Source of the DNA: an uncultured bacterium
Lineage (GTDB): Bacteria; Babelota; Babeliae; Babelales; Vermiphilaceae
Assembly: GCA_963701085.1 (NCBI GenBank)
Contig: OY969561.1
Span: 992,001-1,056,000, forward strand
DNA: 64,000 bases
Reading direction: 5' to 3'
The position numbers were made by a program, and so were the translations under genes. How positions within the stretch are numbered: the first letter of the stretch is position 1; each line of letters opens with the position of its first letter. This document shows, piece after piece, positions 52,826-62,296 of the stretch. The notes beneath the pieces were generated by a model, which had not been told where the DNA came from, did no database searches, and worked only from the letters and a program-made list of their open reading frames with translations.

Positions 52826-55424
52826 ATGAATTCACGAGATATTAGACATAAATTTATACAATTTTTTGTTAAAAATGGGCATGAGGCAGTAGCAAGCTCA
52901 TCATTAATTCCCGCGCAAGATCCAACGTTACTTTTTGCAAATGCGGGAATGAATCAATTCAAAGACCTTTTTCTTGGTCATGAAACACGGAGTTATAAAC
53001 GAGCGGTCAGCATCCAAAAATGTGTACGCGCTGGTGGTAAGCATAATGATTTAGACAATGTTGGCTTCACCAAGCGTCATCTTACTTTTTTTGAGATGAT
53101 GGGCAATTTTTCTTTTGGTGATTACTTTAAAAAAGAAGCTATTGCTTATGCATGGGATTTTTTAACTCGTGAACTGAATATTGACCCCAACACGCTTCAT
53201 GTATCGATTTTTGAAACGGATGATGAGGCATATGCGATTTGGTCGAATGATATTAAAGTTCCTGCAGATCGTATTTATCGTTTAGGGGCAAAAGACAATT
53301 TTTGGCAAATGGGTGATGTAGGGCCGTGTGGTCCATGCACAGAAATTTATGTGGATCGTGGTGCAGTGTATGGTCATGCTGATATTGCTGAATGCGGTCC
53401 TGGTTGTGATTGCGATCGTTTTTTAGAAATATGGAATCTTGTTTTTATGCAATTTGATCGTCAGCTTGATGGATCATTAAAGCCTCTTAAACAAACCGGC
53501 GTTGATACCGGTATGGGGCTTGAAAGACTCTGCAGCGTTATACAAAACAAAGATTCTGTGTATAACACTGATATTTTTGCGCCAATTTTGGCAAAAATTG
53601 AGGAACTTACCGGATTGCAGTATGAAAAACAAAACGCAGAAAATAAAGCAGCGTTTCATGTGATTGCTGATCATATCCGTTCATCAACAATGATTATTGC
53701 TGATGGTTGTGCGCCAACAAATGAAGGACGCGGATATGTTTTACGTAAAATTATTCGTCGCGCTGCATTGTTTGTACAAAAGTTAACTGATAAAAATATT
53801 TTTCCTGAACTTTCTTATACAGTCGTGCAAGAGTTCGGTGCAATATACCCAGAATTGCAAACAAATAGGGAACTTGTATACACAACACTCAAAAGTGAGG
53901 TTGATAAGTTTGCGGTAAATCTTGTTCGCGGTAAAGTGATTCTTGAACGTTATTTTGATGAAACTAAAAAAAGTAAAATTATCACGGGTGATCAGGCATT
54001 TAAATTATATGATACATACGGTTTTCCGATTGAAATAGTTATTGTTGTTGCGCGTGAAAGAGGCTATACCGTTGATATGGATGGTTTTGATGCTGAAATG
54101 GAAAAACAGCAAAATCAATCAGGCAAAAAAACGATTGATGCGTTATCACAACTTGAAGTTGGCGTAGTTATCAGAATTTACGGGATATGATGAATTAGAA
54201 ACAACATCAGAAGTTGCAGCGCTTGTTGTTGAAGCGCACACTGTTGATACAGTTGCAGCGGGGCAAGCATGTTATGTTATTACAAAAAAATCGCCATTCT
54301 TTATTGTTGGTGGTGGGCAAGTTCCCGATCAAGGTTGGGTGACTATTAATGGCATAGAAACAGCAATTATGCAGGTGCGTTTTATTGGTAATGCAATTGC
54401 TGCTCAAATTACTGCACCAACAAAAATCAGTGTTGGAGATCGTGTAATATCACGCGTAGATAAAGTGTGGCGAACCAATGCAATGAAAAACCACACAGCT
54501 ACGCATTTATTGCAAGCGGCATTGATGCATATTTTTGGTAAGCAAATTCAACAATCTGGATCATTGGTGCATCCTGATTATTTACGTTTTGATTTTACGT
54601 ATCACAGTCAACTTTCTGCTGATGATATTAAACGTGTAGAAGATGTGGTTAATGAAAAAATTCGTGAAAATATTCCGGTAAATATTGAATATTGCAGTTT
54701 AAAAGATGCGCAAAAAAAGGGCGCGCTTGCATTTTTTGGTGAAAAGTACAAACCAGAAAATGTGCGTGTTGTACAAGTTGATGATTTTTCTGTTGAACTG
54801 TGTGGGGGCACGCATGTGCATGCCACTGGTGATATTGGTACTTTTAAAATTACTGAAAGCACCGCGCTTTCTGCAGGGCATCGTCGTATTGTTGCCGTGA
54901 CAGGTCCTGGTGCAATTGAGTTGTTTCAAGAAACATTTTCTGTTGTTAAAACATTATCACAAGATTATAAAGTTAAACGTGAAGAAGTGCTTGATGTTGT
55001 GTGTAAGCAAAAAGAACAGCTTAAATTGGCGCAACAAGAGATTAAGCATCTCACGCACCAGCTTATTACCACTCAAATGCCGATGTGGCTACAGTCAGTT
55101 GAATATATTGGTAGCATGCCATTTTTATGCGTAAATATTCCAACTATTTCTGTTGAGGATATGCGTATGATTGCTACAACGCTTGAACAAAAATTGCCAG
55201 GCTTTTATGTTATTATGAGCTCTGCTGATAACGCTCGTACAAAGTTTTACGCTGTATTATCACCCGCATATGCTGATGCTGTTGATATGAAGGCGTTTTC
55301 GGCATGGTTGAGCAGCGCACAAGGGTTGCGTGGTGGTGTGGCAAAAAATAGCATCCAAGGTGGTGGTGAAAAATATAATCCACAATTGGGTTCTGATATC
55401 AAGAAGTGGCTGCAAGCGAAATAA
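52826..55424 (+). CDS. alaS: Alanine--tRNA ligase, split by a frameshift near 54170
   Basis: DPTLLFANAGMNQFK, HLTFFEMMGNFSFGDYFK, DTGMGLER, KLYDTYGFP, NHTATHLL, ELCGGTHV. Confidence 0.96.
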
Positions 55425-55433
55425 TAAGGATTT

Positions 55434-55943
55434 TTGATGAAAAAATATTTAATTATACTGTTGCTCATGGTAATCGGTTGCGAAAATCAACTGCATGCTA
55501 TGTTTGGGGATTATGAAATAGCACAAGACAATATAAGGATACTCCGACGTCTAGCAGAAATGTTTCATCAGCGATTAATATTTGATTTTGGGGGAATTCC
55601 AGAACGTGAAATGCAAAAAATGCGGAACACAACAGCTAGAATTTTGAAAAAACAGCTAAAACGACGAGAAGAACAATTAGAACAAGTGATGCAACGGTTA
55701 CTACAACAACAGTGGCAAGAAGTACGACGACAACAAGCAGAACCACAGCAGCGACCACAACAGCGATGGCAAGAATGGCGGCGACAAGAATTTATATTAG
55801 AAGGACGGGCAGAAGCACAAGCCATTAAACATCAAAAGAAAACTTATAGCAAATATCATTGTGCGCAGACGCGCACCAATCAACACAATGCTCCTATACA
55901 TCAGCCGCGATCAAATAATTATGCTATAAAAAATAAGAGATAA
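55434..55943 (+). CDS. Secreted Q/R-rich hypothetical protein
   Basis: Signal peptide ...QLHA-MF; QQWQE repeats; PIHQPR motif. Confidence 0.65.
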   Translation: MMKKYLIILLLMVIGCENQLHAMFGDYEIAQDNIRILRRLAEMFHQRLIFDFGGIPEREMQKMRNTTARILKKQLKRREEQLEQVMQRLLQQQWQEVRRQQAEPQQRPQQRWQEWRRQEFILEGRAEAQAIKHQKKTYSKYHCAQTRTNQHNAPIHQPRSNNYAIKNKR

Positions 55944-55973
55944 AAAATTTACGGTTAGATTAAAGGGATTGTA

Positions 55974-56246
55974 ATGAAGTTGATTATGTTTTTTGTGTTG
56001 CTAACAAGTTTTTTTGGAGTTTTATCTGATCGTGCTAATTCTCATTCAATACCACGAAGATATAGAGAAAGAGTACCGGTTTGGTTCGGCGTTCAGGAAA
56101 CATGGTTACAAGAGAAACCAGAGAAGTTATATTTTAAAAACGATAATCGTATTGATCGGCAAAAACATGCTCAGATCAATCAGCCAATTCATCAGCCGAG
56201 AAAGCATAATCATGAGCCGCGCTGCAATAGTCGTCGAAATCAGTAA
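55974..56246 (+). CDS. Small secreted basic hypothetical protein
   Basis: Signal peptide; C-terminal NQPIHQPR shared with the previous ORF. Confidence 0.55.
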   Translation: MKLIMFFVLLTSFFGVLSDRANSHSIPRRYRERVPVWFGVQETWLQEKPEKLYFKNDNRIDRQKHAQINQPIHQPRKHNHEPRCNSRRNQ

Positions 56247-56409
56247 TTACTGATAAGAGCCTATTCTTAAGTTAATTTTTATTTGTGCTTTATAATATAC
56301 ATGATATAATAAAATATATTATTCAGTATGTTAAGCCTTTTGTTGCTTAATTATACAATTAGAAAATACCAAAGTAAGCAATAACAATCCAGAGGATCCA
56401 GGGGGATAC

Positions 56410-56796
56410 ATGAAAAAAAATATAACAATTGCTCTTTTTATCGTTAGTTGCGCTATGCCAATCTTTGGAATGGAAAATAAAGGGTTCGTCCAAAGTAATC
56501 CACAAATTATCACAAGGGAATCCCTAAAGGAAGAGCTAGTGATATTTCATACGATAGAATCATTACCTATTTATAAATTGCCTCCTGTTTATCCTATCTA
56601 TTCTGGTAATAGTCTGCCTCGGATAGAAACTCATTTGACACGCTGTGTATCTGAAGGATGTATGATAAATAAGCACTTTGAAGTAACAAATTCTAATCAA
56701 TCATACGGGTTTCCAATGGTAAGACCTCGCATAAACCCCTGTATTGAAAAAAGAATTGCTTACCATTCAATGAAAAAAGAATTTTTTTCTTTTTAA
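56410..56796 (+). CDS. Secreted hypothetical protein
   Basis: GGGGG RBS; MKKNITIALFIVSCAMPIFG-ME. Confidence 0.65.
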   Translation: MKKNITIALFIVSCAMPIFGMENKGFVQSNPQIITRESLKEELVIFHTIESLPIYKLPPVYPIYSGNSLPRIETHLTRCVSEGCMINKHFEVTNSNQSYGFPMVRPRINPCIEKRIAYHSMKKEFFSF

Positions 56797-57403
56797 AACG
56801 GTTGGGTATACAATCTTTTTTCTTCCGATCATCCTGCCGTGTCCGACGAAGCTTTATGCGAAGTCTGGGAGTATTTTTGCTTTGCAAAAATGTATCGAAG
56901 ATCATTTCAATAGCTTTATCAATCAGTTGTTCAAGCTCATTAAAATTGTCGAAGTTGCTCAAAACATATTGGGCAACTTCTTCTTTATTTTCTGGCCGAC
57001 CAATGCCAAATCGTAGGCGCATAAAATCTGGCCCACAAAACTCCATAATTGAGCGCAATCCATTGTGTCCACGATGACTGCCACCAGTTCTGAATTCAAT
57101 TTTACCAAATGGTTTTTCCAGTTCATCATGCACAACTAATAGATTTTCAGCTTTGATGCCTTGCTTAAGTAATGGTGGAATTACTTTGCCGGAGCTATTC
57201 ATAAAAGTTTGTGGTTTGACGAGGATGATTTTTTCACCATTAACTTCAATGTCTGTAATTTCCATATCGGCCTTTTTTTGCCATGATGCATTATGTTTTT
57301 CTGCAAGTGCATCAAGAACTAAAAAACCAATGTTATGGCGATTGTAGTGGTACTGTTTTCCTGGATTACCTAGGCCTATAATTATTTTTATTTTATTTTG
57401 CAT
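56693..57403 (-). CDS. pth: Peptidyl-tRNA hydrolase (3' end extended by a repeat; true stop uncertain)
   Basis: IIGLGNPG..Y..NRHNIGF, KPQTFMNSSG, VHDELE, GHNGLRS, RLRFGIGRP. Confidence 0.93.
   Translation of the reverse strand: MQNKIKIIIGLGNPGKQYHYNRHNIGFLVLDALAEKHNASWQKKADMEITDIEVNGEKIILVKPQTFMNSSGKVIPPLLKQGIKAENLLVVHDELEKPFGKIEFRTGGSHRGHNGLRSIMEFCGPDFMRLRFGIGRPENKEEVAQYVLSNFDNFNELEQLIDKAIEMIFDTFLQSKNTPRLRIKLRRTRQDDRKKKDCIPNRFKKKKILFSLNGKQFFFQYRGLCEVLPLETRMID
56833..56869 (-). repeat. Repeat family B in the pth C-terminal extension
   Basis: CCTGCCGTGTCCGACGAAGCTTTATGCGAAGTCTGGG. Confidence 0.65.
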
Positions 57404-57431
57404 GAGAATATTTTTCAATTGAGTTCGATAT

Positions 57432-57500
57432 GGTTCGACAGGCTCACCACGAACGGTATTAGAAGTTTATTTTTCCGTTCGTCCTGAGCTTGTCGAAGGA
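57432..57500. repeat. REP-like family A inverted pair
   Basis: GGTTCGACAGGCTCACCACGAACGG ... CCGTTCGTCCTGAGCTTGTCGAAGGA. Confidence 0.85.
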
Positions 57501-57538
57501 AACGAACGTCCAATAAATTATATCAGTAAGATTATTTT

Positions 57539-58196
57539 TTAAAATAGTAATTCTGTATTGAACATAAAAGATATTATGTATTGTATCAGCTCATGCGGCA
57601 TTTGCGAATTATTGATTATGAAATTAAGTAAGCATATTTTTTTTGGATATATTTTTTTGATTGATTCAATTCGTTCCAATCGTTCAACAAGAGCTAATTC
57701 TCTGTCTTCTGGCGTTGGTTCAAAACCAAGATCGCGAAGTATTTGTATAAATTTTTGTTTTTCTTCAAAGGTTACTTTTTCTGCCATAGTTGCAGATCCT
57801 AAGGCCGAGTAGTTGTTTATGCGAGTATTTTTTAATATGTCTAAATTCTGGAGGATCTATTAGCCGATGTAGAGATCTTATATTACACCCAACAAAGCAA
57901 TATTTACCATGATCATACTGGAAATTCGTTTCACGAGAGATGTCCCCATATGTTTTTTTATGAAGATCTTGGCGATATGTACATGATAAAAAGTAATGAT
58001 TAGGTTATTGATCCAACCCAATATGGGTCTAAGCCGAATTTCCAAAAATCTTTATTATCATCTAATTTTTGTTTAAATGCATCACGCTTTTTGGTTAGTT
58101 CTTGAATGCAGATTTGTTTTCCATGCATTGTGTTGCATTGGGGAGTAGTAAAAAGAGGGATAATAAAAGTAACTTTGTGTCTTGATAAAAAAACAT
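57539..58196 (-). pseudogene. Secreted hypothetical protein, frameshifted; paralog of the next gene
   Basis: MFFYQDTKLLLLSLFLLLPNATQC-ME start; NNYSALGSATMAEKVTFEEKQKFIQILRDLGFEPTPEDRELAL; C-terminal MPHELIQYII. Confidence 0.6.
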
Positions 58197-58220
58197 TTAA
58201 TTATCCTGTTATATTTAAAG

Positions 58221-58250
58221 AAAGCGGTTGAATTATTCAACCGCTTTTTT
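58221..58250. terminator. Terminator between the paralogs
   Basis: AAAGCGGTTGAA-TTA-TTCAACCGCTTT. Confidence 0.75.
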
Positions 58251-58281
58251 AAGTTCTTTTATGATTTATTTTCATATGATA

Positions 58282-58749
58282 CTAAAAGTCCAAGATCAGT
58301 GCTAGTTCTATATCCTTTTCTGTTGGCCTACAGCCGGCAGCATACAAGTTTTGTATAATTTTATTTTTTTCCTGATCAGATATATCTGTTGGAAGGGTTG
58401 CTACCCCCATGGCAGAATAACCTTTGTAGCGAGCATTTTTTAGCATATTCATTTTTGAAAGAGTTTCTACATTATGGTCAAGTAGAGCACCTTTGTAAAA
58501 CTCATTATCAGTTTCTACGTATCCGTATGTATGTTTAGGGTATCTGCATATTACGAGATATTGTAGAGGATCCTCAAATCGTAGCCCTTTCCAACCTCGA
58601 GCATTCCATAAGGCTTCCTCTAAATGATTTCTCTCACGTGCTATGTTATCAAGGTATTCTTTTCGTTACAGGTTTATGCAACGTACAATTTTCATGCAGT
58701 GTACGGTAGTAGGAATGAGTAAAAGAGATAATAAAAACATTTTTGTCAT
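58282..58749 (-). pseudogene. Secreted hypothetical protein with internal stop and frameshift; paralog of the previous gene
   Basis: MTKMFLLSLLLIPTTVHC-MK start; KGYSAMGVATLPTDISDQEKNKIIQNLYAAGCRPTEKDIELAL. Confidence 0.6.
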
Positions 58750-58783
58750 GAGAATGCCTTTTTTTATTTTTTATAGAGATGTA

Positions 58784-59443
58784 CTACGCACCAATTTTAG
58801 CAGGCTTTGCAGTAGCTGTTTTATTATCAGCAACTTTGAGCGAACTTTCTGTTTTTTTATTTTGAGCAAGTTCAATTTTGTATGTTTTATTCATTTCATT
58901 GATTGCTTTATCAGTAAAATCAAATTTGTCTGAAACGTAGATTGCGCGGCCGGTCATTTTGTCAAAAACAATGTCTATGTTTTCATTTTTAGCGAGTTTA
59001 GTTACGCTTATTTCAAGATCTTGAGCGAGGCTTTCGGTAGCTATTTGCATATCCATTTTGAGCTCTTCTTCTTTTTCTGCAACAAGATTTTTTATATCAC
59101 GTTCCATTTTTAATAATTTTTTTTCTTCTTTTTCACGTGCAGAATCACTCATTGTTGTTGATTTACTGACATAATCATTTTTTGCTTTTTCAAATTTTTT
59201 TGATTCTTCTTGAAGTTCACCAGTTGCTAAATTTCTTTTGCCTTCAATTTCTTTACGTTTTTCCTGACCTTTTTCACTTTCTCCCATCATGGTGAATGAT
59301 TCAACAAATCCAACTGTTGCATTGATAGTAACTTTACTATCGCTAAGAACATCAGCGGTGGAAAGTGATTTTTGTTCAGCATTAATCGAGTTGCTTAATA
59401 AAATTGCGCATAAAGTTGTTGCGGTGATCATACGATTTTTCAT
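58784..59443 (-). CDS. skp: OmpH/Skp-family periplasmic chaperone
   Basis: Signal peptide; VGFVES...SEKGQ; long coiled coil; AKNENIDIVFD...IYVSDKFDFTD. Confidence 0.8.
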   Translation of the reverse strand: MKNRMITATTLCAILLSNSINAEQKSLSTADVLSDSKVTINATVGFVESFTMMGESEKGQEKRKEIEGKRNLATGELQEESKKFEKAKNDYVSKSTTMSDSAREKEEKKLLKMERDIKNLVAEKEEELKMDMQIATESLAQDLEISVTKLAKNENIDIVFDKMTGRAIYVSDKFDFTDKAINEMNKTYKIELAQNKKTESSLKVADNKTATAKPAKIGA

Positions 59444-59475
59444 GAAATTTTCCTCATTTTTAGCGCTCAAAGATA

Positions 59476-59564
59476 CCCTTCAACAAGTTCAGGGCGAGCG
59501 CCTAAGATATAAATATTTTTTCTTCCGTTCATCCTGAGTGCTCCGTTAGGAGTTTATCGAAGGA
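59476..59564. repeat. REP-like family A inverted pair
   Basis: CCCTTCAACAAGTTCAGGGCGAGCG ... CCGTTCATCCTGAGTGCTCCGTTAGGAGTTTATCGAAGGA. Confidence 0.85.
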
Positions 59565-59578
59565 TACTCTTTTTACAT

Positions 59579-62269
59579 TCATGCGTCAATGTGAGAATAC
59601 CATCTGCGCGCAACTGTTTTGCGAATTTCTTCCATGATAATAATGGGTGCGGTGACTGCTATAATAATAATCCAATCAGATCCGGAAAGGGGCACTGTTT
59701 TGAATATATATCGCATAAATGGCACGTAGACGATTGCTGATTGCAGGGCAAGCACAAGCGCCATCACTGCAATAAGACCTTTATTAGTAAATAACCCAAT
59801 TGTAAAAAGGGAGCGTGTTGTTGAGCGGCAGTTCCATGCATTAAACCATTGGTACATTGCCATGGTAATAAGAGTCATGGTACGGGCATATGCTAAATCA
59901 GTTTGGTAATACATAAGAAATAGTGCAAGTGATCCAATACCCATTGGGATTGCCATAAATAACATTTTCAGTAATAGTGCACCATCGATAAGACGTTGTT
60001 TTTTTTCAAGCCAAAATTGTTTGAGTAATCCTGGTTCTTTTGGCTCCATTGCAAGTCCAACATCCAGAAAACCATCAGTTACCAAATTAAGCCATAAAAT
60101 TTGAACGGCAGTAATTGGTAGCGGTAAATCTATGCCGGTTAGTAGTGTTGTGAGAAATGCAAATAAGACGATTAAAATTTCACCCATGTTGGTAGAAAAG
60201 AAATAAAGAACGATACGTTTTAGTGTATAAAAAATATGTCTGCCTTGTTCAATTGCATTAATGATATTGATAAAAGAATCATTGAGTAGCACTAAATCTG
60301 CAGCCTGTTTTGCAACTTCAGTACCGACGCTTCCCATGGCAATACCAAGATCTGCTTTGACCAATGATGGTGCATCGTTAATGCCATCGCCGGTCATGGC
60401 AACAATCTTGCCTGATGTTTGGAGTAATTCAATAATGCGCATCTTGTGATGCGCCGATACACGTGAAAATACGGTGATATGGTTGATGCGCGAAAGAATT
60501 TGTTCGTCAGTTGATTGATCTATTTCAGAACCATCAATAGACTCATCACCTTCACGGAAAATACCAACACGTTTTGCCACGTGTAAAGCGGTGATTTGAT
60601 GATCGCCTGTTGCCATGATAATTGATAATCCTGCGTTGCGCGCATCTTGAATGACTGATGCCACTTCTGGTCTGATGGAATCTTCAATGCCTGCAAAGCC
60701 AAGAAGTTGGATATGAGTATCGAGTAAGGCTTGATATGCTTCAACATTATGTAAACCATCATACGTATGTGGTGGTAACACTTTCATACCAATGGCAACA
60801 ACGCGCAGACCATCAGCAAGAAAACCGGTTAATACTGTTTCAGATTCTTGTGGTTTTTCTGGTGTACGCTTAAATACTGCTTCTGGTGATCCAATAATAA
60901 ATGCTATGCATGTAGTATCTTTTTCGTAAAAACCAGCATGGTAGCGGGTAGTGGAGCTGAATGGGATTTCATATTTTTTGATATAGTGGGATGCTTGTTC
61001 ACTGATAATTGATCCCAGTTTTTGTGAGAAAATGGCAAGTGCAGCTTCAGTTGGATCACCTTTGATATCAAAAATATCAAGCTTGGGCAGATGAATAATT
61101 TCGGCATTGTTAAGCAATTGTGCGGCAATTGCCATCTGCGTGAGAGAGCTTTCTTTATTAAAATCTTTAATGATAGTACCATTTTTGCATATGGTACCTT
61201 CGCAGTGATATCCGCTACCAGTTATTTGCCAGATATTATCAGCAGTCCATACGCGAGAAACAATCATTTCATTACGCGTGAGTGTTCCTGTTTTATCAAT
61301 AACAATAACATTGGTGCGCCCAAGCGCTTCCACTGCTTGCATGTTACGCACAAGAACAAAATGTTTTGCCATGTGTAGTGCTCCTGTAGCAAGTACTAAC
61401 GTTAGTACTACCGGTAATCCTTCCGGTACCACGCAAATAAAGAGTGCGGTGAGCATAACGAGCAGTTCTTTGATTGGTTTGCCGGTAAAAATACCCACAC
61501 CAAATAAAAAGAGACAGGTGATTAAGATAAAGAGGAGAATCCAGTGAGATAAGCGCTCTAATTCCGTGCGCAGCGGAATATCGGTATCAATTTCTTCGGT
61601 GATAACTTGTATTTTTCCTATTTCAGTTGCCGCTCCTATTGCGGTAACAATTGCCTTGCCAGATCCGGCTACAACGTAGGTGCCTTTAAAAAGCATATTG
61701 ATGCGATCTCCGAGTGAAACAGCACGAAAGATGGTATCACTCTGTTTTTCTACTGCATGTGCTTCACCGGTTAATATGGCTTCATCAACACGTAAGTTAT
61801 TTGATGTTATGACGCGCGCATCAGCAGGAACGCGTTGTCCTTCTTGTAAAAAAATAATATCACCAACAACAAGATCTTTATCATCGACAACTGTTTTTGC
61901 TCCATCACGCAGTACAACAGATTCTGCTTTTATGTAACGCTTGAGGTTTTCAATAATATTTTTAGTACGTGCTTCTTGTACGGTGCCTAAAATGGCATTA
62001 AAAAAAAGAACGCCGCTGATGATAAAAGCGTCGAGTTTGTCTTCACCAAAAATAAAGATAATTAATGCGGCAAAAAAGAGGATGTAAACGAGAGGGTCTT
62101 GGAATTGACTGATAAAAATAGAAACAATGCTGCGTTGTTTTACGCCATGCAAAACATTATAGCCATGGCGCTTTTGTCGCTGAGCAACTTCTTTTTCCGA
62201 TAATCCTTTTTCACTGTCCACCGCCAATGTTTGCGTGATACTTTCTATGCTTGTGCGATACGATTCCAT
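59579..62269 (-). CDS. Cation-transporting P-type ATPase (type IIA, Ca2+-ATPase-like)
   Basis: LTGE, VPEGLP, DKTGTLT, GDPTE, TGDH, MTGDGINDAP, QILWLNLVTD. Confidence 0.93.
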   Translation of the reverse strand: MESYRTSIESITQTLAVDSEKGLSEKEVAQRQKRHGYNVLHGVKQRSIVSIFISQFQDPLVYILFFAALIIFIFGEDKLDAFIISGVLFFNAILGTVQEARTKNIIENLKRYIKAESVVLRDGAKTVVDDKDLVVGDIIFLQEGQRVPADARVITSNNLRVDEAILTGEAHAVEKQSDTIFRAVSLGDRINMLFKGTYVVAGSGKAIVTAIGAATEIGKIQVITEEIDTDIPLRTELERLSHWILLFILITCLFLFGVGIFTGKPIKELLVMLTALFICVVPEGLPVVLTLVLATGALHMAKHFVLVRNMQAVEALGRTNVIVIDKTGTLTRNEMIVSRVWTADNIWQITGSGYHCEGTICKNGTIIKDFNKESSLTQMAIAAQLLNNAEIIHLPKLDIFDIKGDPTEAALAIFSQKLGSIISEQASHYIKKYEIPFSSTTRYHAGFYEKDTTCIAFIIGSPEAVFKRTPEKPQESETVLTGFLADGLRVVAIGMKVLPPHTYDGLHNVEAYQALLDTHIQLLGFAGIEDSIRPEVASVIQDARNAGLSIIMATGDHQITALHVAKRVGIFREGDESIDGSEIDQSTDEQILSRINHITVFSRVSAHHKMRIIELLQTSGKIVAMTGDGINDAPSLVKADLGIAMGSVGTEVAKQAADLVLLNDSFINIINAIEQGRHIFYTLKRIVLYFFSTNMGEILIVLFAFLTTLLTGIDLPLPITAVQILWLNLVTDGFLDVGLAMEPKEPGLLKQFWLEKKQRLIDGALLLKMLFMAIPMGIGSLALFLMYYQTDLAYARTMTLITMAMYQWFNAWNCRSTTRSLFTIGLFTNKGLIAVMALVLALQSAIVYVPFMRYIFKTVPLSGSDWIIIIAVTAPIIIMEEIRKTVARRWYSHIDA

Positions 62270-62296
62270 TATTCTTACTCCACATTAAAAAAATAT

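Noticed and set aside
54160-54340. Split alaS (AlaRS core plus free-standing editing domain)
   Set aside because: The conserved SEFTGYD linker is present in the shifted frame; likely indel error
56693-56800. Long functional C-terminal domain on Pth
   Set aside because: Overlaps a convergent gene by about 100 bp and follows a repeat plus homopolymer; probably read-through or an indel
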